Positions 1 to 14,502 of a DNA stretch of 64,000 nt are shown piece after piece. The notes below the pieces were generated by a model. The model made no database searches. It was not told the DNA's origin and was given only the letters and a program-made list of their open reading frames with translations. The stretch is from Octopus sinensis. Lineage: Eukaryota. How positions within the stretch are numbered: the first letter of the stretch is position 1; each line of letters begins with the position of its first letter. Location: positions 64,740,464 through 64,804,463 of the forward strand of contig NC_043011.1 in NCBI RefSeq assembly GCF_006345805.1, read 5' to 3'. Made by a program: the position numbers and the translations under genes.

Positions 1-211
1 TAAGCTTTCATAATGGCATAGAATTATATCTTATTACATATATATAGAGAGAGTTATTTAAGCCGGAAATTTCGATTGCTTCAGTTTCTGGATACCCTGT
101 CCACGTGTTTGTAAATGTTTATATATTCATGTATGGATGTATACATTTCTCTCATTTGCATGATAATATCTTCAAGGTAGATGTTTAAATACATATCTAT
201 TTTTCTTGCAG

Positions 212-408
212 TTCTAAACCAAATATATGTTGGACAAATCTGTCATTAACCCGGTGAGCAGTAATAAATATTTAATGAAATATCTGTGTTCTTATTTATC
301 TGTGTTGTTATTTATCTGTGTTTGCTCGGATATGTAAATTTATTATTACATTCCTTCAGAGTTATTTTTGTTGAAACTGGTCCCCTTGATTTTTATCCTA
401 ACTGTTGA
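212..408 (+). CDS. Candidate last two coding exons of an upstream gene (212-253 and 360-408); duplicated at 14712-14753 and 14860-14908
   Basis: Splice-like borders ttttcttgcag|...CCCG|gtgagc and ttccttcag|. Reads SKPNICWTNLSLTRVIFVETGPLDFYPNC*; the copy reads ...RVIFVETVPLDLHPNC* with the same stop. No homology recognised. Confidence 0.3.
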
Positions 409-1260
409 TATTAAAAACAAAATCTTTATTGAATACGCCATTTGTCAATTCATTTTCACACAGATGTGTTTATAAATAAATACTTGTGTGTTGTATGCTA
501 CCAGAACGTTTAAAACATAAGTTTTCTGAATTAGTCTTCTTTGTGAAATGTTAAGTTACCTGGCAATAGTACTAAAAATAGACTTGTTTCTTAACTTTTT
601 TGTTTTTACAATTTGCATTTTATTGACTGAAAAAAAATTGAAAATACTAACAGAAATATATGTGGAATTTGGAATCGCAGACATTTTACACAACAAAATG
701 GAAGCATGATACCGGAATATGTCCCAGGCTAATGGCGTGTTTTTTTCATTTTGAGGATATATACTGAACAGGTGCATGAATGTATAAGCAAATTTCTTCT
801 CTATACCACCATAGCACCAATAATTATGATAGAGATAAGCGTGTGGGTGTAATGACTGAAAGAATATATTCCAGGCAAGGGTGTAAACAATTGATTAGAG
901 ATCCATACAAATCAAACTTTTATATACAAAATACGGAGGTGGACATTGCGGAGAATTCTAAGACATTCCAAGACGGAATTTAATAAACGTGATATCAACA
1001 TTCTTATAAAGAAAATTTTACCACTTCAAAGGTATGTTGATGACCCCCAGACACAATAAAAAGTGATTTTATTTCAAACTTTATTTTCAAAGATGTGATA
1101 TATCGAATTCGGTAAAATTTCCTTTCTATAATTTGACAGAAACATAAAACAAATCATCATCCAGAAATACAATATATGTTTGAACACACGACTCAGACAA
1201 AAAGGAATCATGCAGCATACATCCACACACTCTCTCACACACACACACACATACACACAC

Positions 1261-1295
<35 letters not shown>

Positions 1296-1399
1296 AATGT
1301 ATATATATATATATATTTATATTTATCTTTGAGTGTAGATGTGGATGTATCTATCTGCATATATAGGCATATACAAATACACGCATAATCGTGCGTGCG

Positions 1400-1494
<95 letters not shown>

Positions 1495-2324
1495 GATCAC
1501 ACGTAGAGGTATGTATACTAATAAAGTAGCTAGTAATAGTAAAATCTTATATATCAATGTCTATAGAAACATCATTATATGAATACATTTTCTACGCTTG
1601 TTATTTTAATATATCCTTCCTCTACTGATATAAATTGGAATTCGAACTATTAAGTGTCTCTTACAGTTTTGAGAGTCACTGTTCATTACTATGCACTGCG
1701 TTAAACGAATTCTCTCTATTGAACTTCTTTTAGTGTAATTTTTCTTCTTGTATTACTGCAACTGCAGCAGTACGCGATCTACTACATATAAGAAATGCCA
1801 TTATTATAACGTGGAAAGCTCGCAAAATCATAAACATGCCTACTAAAATCTTACTGGCATTTCATCCGTTTTTCAGTTCTCTGCCCAATTTCCACCGAAA
1901 TCGATTGTGATTCTCATCATTTCAAGGTCGTCAAAATAGGTACCAATTCGGCCCTGACGACAATATCATCGACTTTCCTACTCTAAGAAATCTGCTGGCC
2001 TTGTGCCAAAATTTGAATGCAATAAAAGGAGCAAGTTTCTTCGAACGGCATATCTTTTTCCTTTCTCCTTATCAGGCTGACACCGAAAGACACGTGGGTA
2101 ATCTGCCCTACCAAGCATATTCTGAACACGAGTATATATAATCAATTGCCATTGAACAATGCGCTCCGTTGTGTATTATATAAACTGCCTAACGTTTATA
2201 AATACATGTGTGTATGTGTGTGTACGTGTGTGTGCATATATCTGCAGATAGATACACCTACACCAAAATCCAGACTCTAATTTAAATATATATATATCTA
2301 TATATATATATATATATATATATA

Positions 2325-2850
2325 CGACAAGTTTCTTTCAGTTTACGTTTACCTAATCCATTCGGAAGCCTACGGTCGTCCCGAGGCTATAATAGAATAT
2401 AATTGTCATGCAGTGGGACTGAACTTGGAAACATGTCATTGGGAATCAACAATCTTATGACGCATCATTTTTGTTGTTTCTGTAAATTGACTGCTGCTAT
2501 GTTGTAAACATTGTCAAAGAAATCGACGTCAGGATTTATAGTTTGGAAACCTAGTACTTATTCTATCTGTCTCTTTTCCTGAACCGCTAAGTAACAGGTA
2601 CATAAACATATCATCATCTGTCATGAAGCTATTTTGGGGGACGTACAGGCACAAAGACACACATAACTACACACTTACACACAAACGCACAGGCATACAC
2701 AAACACACCTATATACGACGTGTTTCTTTCAATTTCCCTCTACCCTTTCACTTCAAAGGTTTGGTTAGTCTGAATATCTCGTAGAAAGCAATTGCAGAAG
2801 GTTACACGCAATGAAAAGGAACCTAGAAACATGTGATTTGGAAGCAAATA
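2325..2850 (-). mobile_element. Two decayed SINE remnants of the family seen at 25322-25850
   Basis: Motifs tttcagtttacgtttacctaatcca...cccgaggctataatagaa...gcagtgggactgaac and cctagtacttattctatc...gaaccgctaagt match the better-preserved copy. Confidence 0.6.
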
Positions 2851-5800
2851 TAATTTAGATATGTGTATTTGTGTGTATGTATATGAATGTATTTACATGG
2901 TTGTGGCTTGCGTCTCTATTTGTTCACCTACACCCCTGGAAAGCTGATGCCATTATGATTAATTCTCGCATTTTCAGCTCTGGATTATGGGTCTGACTGC
3001 ATATGTACCAGAGTGAAAAGCTAGGCGCTGGGGACCATTCACTCCACTAGAAAGGTATCAAGTCTGTGACCCAGCTTGTACTCAGTCTACGCAGAGTTGG
3101 ACACGCACGAACACATACACACACACACTCTCTCTCTCTCTCACACACACAAACATATCGCTATCTCTAAACGTGTGTGTGTGTTACTGGGTGTAGGGTC
3201 AGGCCTTGATTGGTTCCAATGGTGACGATCTTTTAGTGGAATGCACACATATATGTGTGTGAGTCTGTGTGTGTGTGTGTGTGTATGTATATATACGCAA
3301 ATGCTGATGGAAGCTATCGACACAGATTCCGAGTCCAAATTAAAACAATAAATAGCAAAAATAGGAATGAGACCCAGGGTAATTTTTTACTTATTTGCAA
3401 CGTTTGAATGCATGTCTAATTTCATTGCTGAAATGAGTGTCATAGAAGAATGTAGTAAATAATATATTTAAATATGAACTGAATTATGGAGCAGAATTTA
3501 AAAAAATTCGAATGTACTCGAACGTAAAAATTACTCTCAAAAACAACAAACAGTCATCTATTGAAATACTAAACGTTGAAGCAAACGATATGGAAACCTG
3601 TACCTTTCATGTTCAGGCTGATCGCTATGTACCGTTCGGCAGGATAGCTGTGGAAATGTCTTATAAATCGGAAATTAATTAAATATATTTAGAAGACGGA
3701 AAAAATTGCACACTATGCCTCTAGAGAGAATCGATGCCGACGCTTCTCAAATACTGGCTAAGAAGTAAAAGCATTGAAAGACAATGATACGGGAGATTAA
3801 AATTGTGATGGGAAATATGCCGAAGATGGGAATATAAATATTTGAATGAGAAAAGTTAACGGTTCTTAGAAATTCTTCAATTTAGAAACTGATGATGTTC
3901 AGACATTGTGATTTTAAATCTCTGGCAGTTGTTTTGGAACATAGGAAACTTACATAAGTATCAAGATAAATGATACTCTTCATAATGCAGAAAGTAGAAT
4001 ACGGGTAGAAGTCAGCAAATATAAACTCATTGCATGCTTCCTGTCGCTGTGGAAATTACCGATCTTATAGCAAATGAATTCATATTTATTGTATAGCGTT
4101 ATATTGGAGGTAAATCGATTAGAAGAACAAGAAAAAACTAAAATATGTGTAGAAGCACTAAGACATTTTAAAAAATGTATATTTGTAACTTTATGGAATA
4201 AAATAAATGTATACATACTTGAAACAAAAACACACACGTGTGCTTCCGTGTGTACGGTCATGTGTGACTATTTTCTATTAATGCGATGATTTTTTTCTAC
4301 TTTGCTGAGAAAAGAACTTTTACCGGAGATTTGATTTCCGAGAAAGACATTCTTGGGCCATATTATGACTAGTAATTTCTTTTATCCCTCTCAATCTGCT
4401 AAAACTTCTACAATGTTTGTATCGTAATACATTGCTATACTTTGTCAGAATAAAAACGGCGTCTTGTCTCTTGAGGAGGAAACAGTAGGTTACATTTTTT
4501 TTATAGATTATGAATATCGCGTAAACAAAATACCTGATATTGCCACGTAACAAAATGGACATTTCGCTTATGTTCGGTGACATAAAAACGCCCTCCTCCT
4601 GTGCGATTTTTCTATATATAAAGTGGACAGAATATATATATCCATATACATCCACAGAACCATCGCGTGAACTTTTCATTTCTTAACTATCTTCTTATCA
4701 TAAGTAAGTAAATATAATTTCGTTCCTTTCTTTGAACACTTAGTGCACTAAATCACGCAGACTCACACACACAGAGACGCGCACGCAAACACCGGTAGAC
4801 AAACCTACACACACACACACATACATATATATATATATCTATATAGAGAGATACACGCACATGTATATATACACAAATGTCTACACGTACCACAGCTTCT
4901 CGTTGTTTTGTCTTTCTCATTTTTTTCCTCGTTATTTTTTGTATTAATTATACACGCACACACACAGACACACAGACACACACACACACACACACAGCAC
5001 GCACACACACACACCTACACACCTACACACACACCTACACACCTACACACACACACACACATATATATATGCTCATAGAAGCTTCTTCTTATTTCCTTAC
5101 AGCGTACGCTCACCTTTTCAGGGATCATTTCTGACTACTATAGAGAATTTATGTAATATCATTTAAATCATATGTTTGTGTTCATATTTAAAAGTAAACG
5201 TTGTCGTAAGGCTTCAATCATCCTTGAACTGAGTGTAGATTTCTTAATTGCTAAAATCTACTTCTCGTTACACCAGATGCTGTTTCATCTTCCATTAACT
5301 TCCCTATAGTCATGAAATATTACGGTCTTCCAAAATATTATTAGCAGCATTCAATTATTATTCAGTGAGATATTTATTTTTTCCTGTTTAACCACAAGCT
5401 ATACTCAAGGAGAAATTCGCACGTAAGAAGTTTCCTGTATGACTTTTTGATATTTCATCTGCACCATACATGTATTAGTTCAGGTGAATGTGTAACATTT
5501 CCTCTTGCCGACCAGTAAAATCAATGTCCGAAACGTGGCAGCAAATCACGTACTTCCCTGTCGGCAGGAATTCTGCAACAAGCGCTCGTGGTAAGCATTC
5601 AAACATTTTGTAATATGCAATAAATTATAGGTAGTAAATCCCGAGTAGCATATTGCATAAATACATCTGCTTTGAACAAACAACACACGACTCTCTATCA
5701 ATTTTCCGAGTCAAATGAATCATATTCGTTATTAACATAAATATAAACTTAGAAGATCTTTCAATAACGGGTGATATAACATAGCAAGAGAAGAACATGT

Positions 5801-6398
5801 CTGGGTAAGAAGCTGAAAGAAGTATTGATTAATTTACTGGCTTGACGCAGAATTTCATACGGAAAATATTTTGTTTCTGAATACTTGAGGAAGGACTGGA
5901 CTAACTCGCTGTGATGAGAGACGCGAATAGAAATTGCAGAATGTCACAATGAATTATTAGGAATTAGCGTATTGAACAAAGAGCAATTAGAATGAAAACT
6001 TTGATGACGGAACAAAACTTGCAGACATTCGCAACACATGTAATTGTAACAGGAGTATTAAAAACATAACCACAAAACCTTATGAATTTCACCTCAACAA
6101 CAGCATCAAGAAAAGAAAATATAATACACAGGTTACAGGTGTCGATCTCATCTCTTCCACAAACGTTCCTCACCCGACAGCCCAAATATTCTAAATAAAA
6201 GTATAATTACAATATTTAAAATCTTTAATGTATATATGATGTTACGATTTCCCACATAAGAAATATTTTACAAAAACTGGTTTTCGTTATACCAAAGTAT
6301 TAAAACGATTTAGTAAAATTTCAAGAATTTTTCGCCTCTCTAATATATTTCAATTATTATTATAACAGTTGGAAATGAGTATGATTCGAGTAACAACG

Positions 6399-6537
6399 AT
6401 GAAATGTTGTATGTGTATTCTTCTCCTTGTTCGTAAGTAATGTGTAATTTATTTCCTGAAATATTCTATGCGTAACATATATTTTCTTTCCTTCTTTGTC
6501 GCATATATATGTGTGTGTATGTGAGTTTGTGTAAGTT

Positions 6538-6585
<48 letters not shown>

Positions 6586-6620
6586 CGATATATACTATAT
6601 ATACGTATGTTATATATTTA

Positions 6621-6670
<50 letters not shown>

Positions 6671-9600
6671 ATATAAGTGTGTGTGTGTGTGTCTGGGTAT
6701 CTATGTGTCTCTGCATGTGTGTACGGTTGGGCAATATGTATATGTGTTTCTCACAAATACTGTTTTTATCTATGTCTTCAAAAGGCAGAGCTATTTGATT
6801 TTAGTTGCGTTTGCATTTCTCGCGTTCGTTGGATGTCTGGCCTCGTGAATACCACGAACCGATAAAATTTTGGGATGGATCCAGTCCCAGAGAAGAATTC
6901 TGGGTGAGGTTCCCTTATTTTTTCTTATTTTTCAAAATGATGGTGATTGTGAGCATTTTTAGAATTCTCGTTACTGAGAGCATTTGAGTTTATTTCAGAT
7001 ATTCCTATTTTAATTATCATCTCAGGCTAATCATTAAGTGGACGTTGATGTTGTCTTCGTGGAGGATTTCGCTTCCTCATGCTTTTGGTCATATAATAAT
7101 GAATAATCTGGAAAGACAAATTATAATATACGTAATCTATTTCGTTTTTTCCGTTCATAAATACTTAGATGTTTTGTTGCCAATGAAATACGTACGACAT
7201 CGGTCACTGTCATATAGTTACATTTAATGAAAATAATGTATATACATTATCAGTGTATCATAAGTAATATTTTGTAATATATTTATCATAAATCCAACGA
7301 TTTTAATATATGCCAGATAAGATTTCAAAAAGATCTTCTTGTAATACGCGAGAATACTAAATGAAAAATATGATAAAAAATCCGAAAAATAACTGCTTAA
7401 ATCTATCATGCTGGCAACTATGAAAATGCAAATTAAACTTACAAGCTGAATTCAAATAAAATCATTCTTCAATGTTATAACTCTTGGCGCATGTGTGGCT
7501 GTGTGTTAGAGAGGCATGCTCCTCATTAACATGGTATAATGTTGAGAACCACTATGAGCTACCCTGGTTAAGTTTTCTGTATTACATAACCAGACGGATG
7601 AATAAAATTGGAGATGGTGGAACATGAAAGAAACCCATTTTACACATATATGAATATATGTACCTGTGTGCCTTTCTGAGTGAATGGATTCAGCAACCAG
7701 GTTACATTTCGTGCGGTGGTTCCATTGCCTCGTTGTTATGAAGTGTTTCGGAAAATTAACCACATATTATGAGTGCAATTTTGGAAAAATATTTATTGTA
7801 CTAAACCCATGAAATCAATATGAATGTATGACAAATCACGAATGAAATGAGGGAAACGATAAATAATAAATCACTATTGAATAGTTAATGTGTATTTGAA
7901 TTTACAGATGTTGCGATATCAGAGTTTTGCTACGATACAGCCGCGGAATTTTGTGAGGGAGCTATGAAAAAATACCCGGCACAAAAAAGTGACAAATACT
8001 ATTGCAAGTAACTTCACTTTCATTATTATGGTTATTTTTATTAATATTTTTAATAATTGAATTTATAAACGTATAACTTTATCAGAAATGAGAAATACAT
8101 GTTAAATAACCAATGATAGATAACGAACGCATGCGTAATGAAAGTGGAAAACCAAACGACCGACACACAGACACGCTCCCTGGTTCTTCATCAATTGTCA
8201 ACCAAACTCAGTGAAATACTCAGCCTTACCAGAAACGGTGCGAAACCGAGTATTAACATTTTGGTTGATAACTGATGAAATGTTACGGGCGCGCCGCCTG
8301 TGTCTTCCGTCCGGTTCTATGTCTTTATGTCTTTCATACGTCGTTGTTTATTTTCAATGCAGTTTTTCATTTATTAAGTAATAGGACGGCACACACTCCA
8401 TAGTTTCGTGAGATCTTTATATACTTGAATACATATATATATATATATTTAGATATATATAGATATATAGTTATTTGTTCCTACTCGACCCATGCTTAGC
8501 TCATTAGGACTGGTTTCTCGGTTTCCTTGGCGTATAGGTTCCCCACCTGGACGGGACGCCGGTCCGTCGCAGGGTTGCTGCAAGATGCAGGAGGAAAGAC
8601 TGAGAAAAAGTTGTGCAGAAAGTGTCATCAGAACATCGTCATTAGCTTCTTCTGGAACCGCGTGGAGCTTAGGTGTTTCGCGCATAAACACAAACATCGC
8701 TCGGTCTCAGATTCGAACCCGCGATCCCTCAAACGCGACTCCGCTGCTCTAAACACTGTGCTATATTCAGATTTATGTGCGAATCAATAATGCATTTATG
8801 CCGGCAGGCTGGGAACCGTCAAGTGTTTCAGCAAAAAGCTGAGCGACATTTTGTCCGTGTTTACGTTTTGAGAGCATATTCCGCATATTCCAAAATATTT
8901 AATAATTCATTCAGTCTTAGATTCACGTTCAGCAATGTTATTTTTAGAGAGTTTTAGTCCAGACAATTGAATCCGAAATATGCCAGGCAAATTTCCATCG
9001 CGCGTATTTGACCATTAAGAGATCTAATTCCTTGTTCATGAGGCACGAAGCCTGAACTTTTGGAGGAAAGGTTAAGTGGATTTTATCGACTCCTCAGCTC
9101 TATTGATACCTTTTGTTTCGCCAACAGAGGGGCGAAAGGAACAGTTTACCATTGTGTAATTTCAACACAGGACATAAACCAATTATAAAGCTTCTAGGCA
9201 TTTTGTCCAGTGTGCAAACCTTCGGAGAAAAACACATGCATTATTTTAAATTGTAAGTTCTTTAATCCATCTAATTAAAATGAATAAATAATCTGAAAGT
9301 AAACCAAGCACAACGTTACCATCCAAGTTAAAATATACCGTATAAAAAGTATGATTTTGATATTTGTTATTAAAAGTAAATAAATGCGATGTTATATTAG
9401 ATATGCTCAATAAATATATCGAATAATATTTCTTGAAATGTTATTTTTTTGTCTTAGTCGCATAAAAATGTTCCAGGGTTGTTTTAAAGGAATGTTCAAG
9501 GAGTGTGCTGATTTCTTCTCGAGCACATTTAAGAATAAAAAATGCGGTATGATATTTTCATTACATATTGTAGTTTTGTGAGAAATAACGTTTTAACAGT

Positions 9601-10166
9601 TAGAATCGCATACAATAATTGTGTTGCACTGAATTTTCTTAACATATATTCTTGTAAACTTGTATTTTCATTGAATGAGATTAATATCTGCAATGAAAGA
9701 ATTTTAATAAGGTTATAGTTACCATTTAATAATTCTCATTTGGTTAAGCATAACGATAATCACTGTCTATCTTGTGAGTTCACTAATATATCAATTGAAT
9801 GTAATTGCACGTATATATAATGGCATTCGTTACAAAGTTTAATGTGTTAAATCGAATAAATATTTAAAATTTGATTTTAGTTCATTTGCAAATCCTTAAA
9901 AGTTGAGAATATACCCAAATGATGACAGGGAAATTAAAACAATTAATAATCATTCATAATTATGTTTCTTTTTCTTACATGATAGTTTTATTAAGATTTG
10001 TTTGTAAGCCAATAAACATAAATGGTAAAATTGGAGAAGTAACAGATCACCATCTTTTCTTCTTACTCTAGCTTCTGTAATTGCTAGGCAAAAGGCTCCT
10101 CCTTTGCCCCGCCTTGAATTAATACGGATCCTATTACTGCTTCTAATGATACCGGCCTTGTTATGA
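6399..10166 (+). CDS. Paralog A: spliced gene for a 105 aa Cys-rich protein with signal peptide and hydrophobic C-terminal tail (putative GPI/membrane-anchored; family not recognised)
   Basis: Coding exons 6399-6432, 7908-8007, 9458-9546 and 10072-10166 all have GT-AG borders, phases 1/2/1, and total 318 nt. Protein: MKCCMCILLLVHVAIS-EFCYDTAAEFCEGAMKKYPAQKSDKYYCNRIKMFQGCFKGMFKECADFFSSTFKNKKC-ASVIARQKAPPLPRLELIRILLLLLMIPALL*. Same exon structure as paralogs B and C. Confidence 0.9.
8473..8765 (-). mobile_element. tRNA-derived SINE in intron 2 of paralog A
   Basis: Reverse complement has a tRNA-like head (gtttagagcagcggagtcgcg...ggttcgaat, A/B boxes) and a body homologous to 56051-56357. Confidence 0.8.
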
Positions 10167-10640
10167 TGGAATTCTGTCTCAGCTCACACATAAGTATTTC
10201 ATGTAAGAATATTCATAAATAAAAATTTATTTCAAATTCTGTAAAGTTTCTTGCTTGCACAAAATACCAAATATTTAGATTTCAGTGGAAGAGTGGAGTA
10301 ATCTGAGAAACATTACGTGAAATAAATTATCTTTCCAATAACTGTTCATTGAAAATTACAATTTCAGTCTAATGTGGCCTTAACAACTTTCTTTGAGTAA
10401 TAATATTATATCACTGACACGAACAGTTAGTTCGAAACTAAACGTTACTATGACAGTGAAATCATATTGTGGCGGATGCCCCAGAATTGAAAATTCATAT
10501 ATTAGGATATGTTTAGTATGTTGCTTATATGCATCTGCATTGGCCCACAACATATACAATCATACCTACAAATATGCCTATGATATGATATATCTTTCAT
10601 TTTTTGTAGGTATTGTATATAATTATATATATAAATATGT

Positions 10641-10731
<91 letters not shown>

Positions 10732-10876
10732 TATTTATATGTATATACATATATATGTATATAATCATATCAAAGGGAAATGGAATTTAATTAAAATTAA
10801 ATTATTCAATCATAATTTACATTTCCAGTGGTCTAACGTGGAAAAAAAAATTAGTCAAGAAGACTATATATTGGTC

Positions 10877-11193
<317 letters not shown>

Positions 11194-11399
11194 GTATATA
11201 TTGCATCTAAAACTAGAATGTGGAAGTTTGTGAAACATTTAAAAAATGATGTTTTTATGCTCATAAATTTCAGTTAGCGCTTTCATACATCCATAGTAAT
11301 CATTAGAGTTCGAGGCGTATTATACTGACGGTTGTATTCTACTACAGCTGTAGTAAAATCATTGACTCCTTTTTGATACTTTCTAGATTGCTCGAAACA

Positions 11400-12790
11400 T
11401 TTGAACTTTTCAAATACTTTTTGCCCATTGGTCATGTAAATTAAACGTCACAGTTTTTAGGGCGAACCTATAATACTGGCATTGATCCCACCTTTATGCC
11501 AACCAATTCGATTGCTCTTCACATGTAATGGTTTTATGAGGGAACATATTTAGTCGGTTTCGTTCGTTTTGATATCAATTGGTGGGAGTCTTCTGTAATT
11601 TGTTTGTATTCATATGTTAAAGATACTTTTAAAATCCAATATGTTAACTTGTTGCTATGTTATTTTCATTATTTCTCTTTTCAGCGGCTTTGAACATTTT
11701 AATAAAACGTTTTCCTTACATCCTCCTCCTAGCCTTGCTTCTCTCATGTAATTACGATCACATGTTCCCATATGTTCGCCCAATGGAATTCGGCGAACAT
11801 TAGTTTTCTAGATTTGTTGTCTCCTTCACCTCGTGAGCGTTCTGATAATGCATTGCCTTTCTTTCCGATATATAGTTCCTCGCAATTCGGTCATTTATTT
11901 TAATAGATCAAATTTCTACTTTTGCAATTAAACCCTGAATTTGCGATAATCTGTCTATATTTGTGCTGTAATCAATCTACTAGTATTGACACGTTCCACA
12001 TTTGCTATCATCACACTGGATACTGTGAATATTTTATCCTGTTTGTTCATAGCGAATTTTCCCTTTGTTGATAGTTTCTTTAGGTTATATGGTTGCATTT
12101 TGCTTAAGATAATTGTTTGATTAGTCTTTTAGTTTTTCTTTTAATTTTTCACTTTGTTTCTGATTGGCAAATTCGATTTGATATTGTGAATGATGTTTTG
12201 GTGATGCGGATTCTGTGTTACTAGAAAGGGTACTGTGTTCCTTTGATGGGTTCCTCTTTCTTGTGTTGCTCGAATTCGTGTTATAGGTATTCTTTTGTTC
12301 ATTGTATGCTATTTTCCATAAGTAGGGGACAATAATCTTGCTGGAACATAAATCTTTTGAGTTCTAGAAATCACATCCCAGTATTCAGTGCCTGAAATCT
12401 GAAGCAAATCGCATCCCCATAGCTGTGAAACAAATTTGGAAGTAGCTTTGTTCGATAAAATGTAATTATTGTTTTTGAGGATGTGGCTGAGCGCATCTAG
12501 TATGAAGGTTTACAGGGAATCACTTTGCTATATTTCTAGAATGAAGCTGGGTGTGTGACTAGATAGATGTTACTCTAGTGATGTGTGGAAGAGAAGCTGT
12601 TTCAGCTGTAATGTGTCTTAATTGAAAGTTTTTTGTTTGTAGTTGTTTTATGTATTCAATAAATTGTTTCTTTATTGCGTTTTGTATTTCTTTTGAAATA
12701 TGCATTTCAGGTAAACCATAGACGTTGCTGCATTTCGACTCGAAATTGGTTATATAGCCTTTACATTAGCTATGGGAGAGTTATGATATT
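11400..12790 (-). mobile_element. Decayed Penelope-like element (RT and GIY-YIG remnants)
   Basis: Broken minus-strand frames give TAMGMRFA (RT), VPF.VT.NPHHQNIIHNIKSNLPI, and ELYIGKKGNALSER...RRQQI...RIPLGEH (GIY-YIG). Confidence 0.65.
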
Positions 12791-13699
12791 TTAAGGATAA
12801 CTAATTGATCTTTTTTTGCAACCATTATTTATAAACCGTAAGCTTATTCGTTAAAATAAAAGCGGGATCAATGCAAGTAATATCGGTACGACCGCAACAC
12901 CATGACGTTTCAATTGCAAGCGCATTCGTCAAAATCGTGTTAGAAATGCTCAGCTTGTTGGAGATTTCTTAGCGTTATAAATACGAAGAAGATAGACATT
13001 TTACTACCGGTGTCGAAAACTCCACTGTCAGTTAAATACATTTTCAAACCTGATTATTTCTACGAACGTATGGAATCGCTGGTTGAACTTTATGAATATT
13101 ACAATATAATATTTTTAATGATTAACACGCTGCAATATCGTAATGCATATTATCGTTCTCACTGGTAACCATGCATATGCTTTTCGTTCGTGCAAAGCTG
13201 TCGTGCAAACACAACATTTTCAGGGGAGGGTGTAAATTGATTACATCCATGCCAGTGCATAATTCGTATTCATTTTATAGTCCAGAAAAATTAAATGCGT
13301 TATAAAGCTAAGACGAAATAAATTTCTCAAAGCTTTGTGACCGGTGTAATGTCAATCCTCACCGCCCGCTCCTTGTGAAGTTTTATTGATATGGACACGA
13401 GAAATTGTTTACACACAATCGATATTGACATTAGGCCAAGCCCTATGCCATAACGACAATATTTTACTTAAGAACATATAAAAATATAACTGCTCTTTTT
13501 GTTACTATATTTTGTGTAATGATGTTTATAAATATGTACGTATAATATTGTTCTAAATATGGATGAATATGTTTGTAATTATGGATGAATTTATAGAGTC
13601 TGTCCTAAAATGAAGGCAACCAAGTATTTTTGAAATCTGCCAAACAAAAATGTATTCATACTTCGGCTCTATAGCGTTGCAATGATATTCTAAAGGAAA

Positions 13700-14400
13700 C
13701 AAAAATATTATGACAGCATCTGACTTAATCGATATGACCATCTCCGACTCAAATCACAGACTTAAGTCTAGATACGAATGTTTCACTCGCCGCAAGCAGT
13801 CTCATAGCGTTGAGCAAAGAATGAGAAGTGCTCCGGTTCCTCGTCTCCAAAATGGTCTAACCAGAAAGAAAGCCCATCGGTTTGAAATCGAGGCTTATCA
13901 CGTGTCGTGTATTCTTGACTGTAAAGACGGAATATATTGATGAATCTGGTCTTAGAGCTATAGCAATGTCCCCAGTAATGTTGGAGTATCAAAGATGCGC
14001 CTTCAATGTGCACATTCGCCCATGGAAACGATTGAGCTTGTAGAAAATCGCTAGTGCATCGTCGGGTGTTAATTTATCAACCGAGATTACTAAAAGCAGC
14101 GCAGACATTCCAGTGACTGTCTAAACAATAACTGAATATGGATTCTGACATCGATGTCCACGTCTACATTCGACGGAACTGGATACACTCCAAATTCTTT
14201 CGGTTTAGTGGGTCACTGTGTGTTCGTTGTCAAGTTTCCTTTCATCAGTTAACACCATAACGGACATTTTGCTTTCAGCATCCTGATGCAGTATAAGATA
14301 AATTCTCTCACGTCCCATGGCCTCATAAACATGCGTGAGCTAATGACCGCGGGTCCCCAACAAGGGATGGGTCCTGAGATCCACCTCAGCACTCGATGCA
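13700..14400 (+). mobile_element. Decayed hAT (Charlie/GTF2IRD2-like) transposase remnant
   Basis: Broken frames give IEAYHVSCIL, RLHSTELDTLQILSV (cf. LDESTD..DTAQL), NTITDILL and KINSLTSHG (cf. KL.S.TTDG) in the expected order. Confidence 0.5.
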
Positions 14401-14502
14401 TCAATTTTCAGTTTACGTTGTTTATGATTATATTTCGGGCTATAGACTTAATCTAATTCAGAAATCTGAATATATTTCGTCTGAAAGAAAAAGAAGTCAC
14501 AC

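Larger units (their letters stand above)
1..4400 (+). repeat. Segmental duplication, copy 1 (paralogous to ~14503-18590)
   Basis: Position 1 (taagctttcataatggcatagaatt) recurs at 14503. Collinear blocks: 1-1200/14503-15600, 1500-2160/16860-17520, 3430-4300/17520-18400. Confidence 0.9.

Noticed and set aside
556-983. ORFs 556-777 (-) and 780-983 (+), and a good minus-strand donor near 556/15082
   Set aside because: The duplicate copy at ~15.1-15.5 kb has a frameshift and an in-frame stop in these frames.
4320-4679. 119 aa minus-strand ORF
   Set aside because: No recognisable motif, and the frame is not preserved in the paralogous region near 18.4-18.6 kb.
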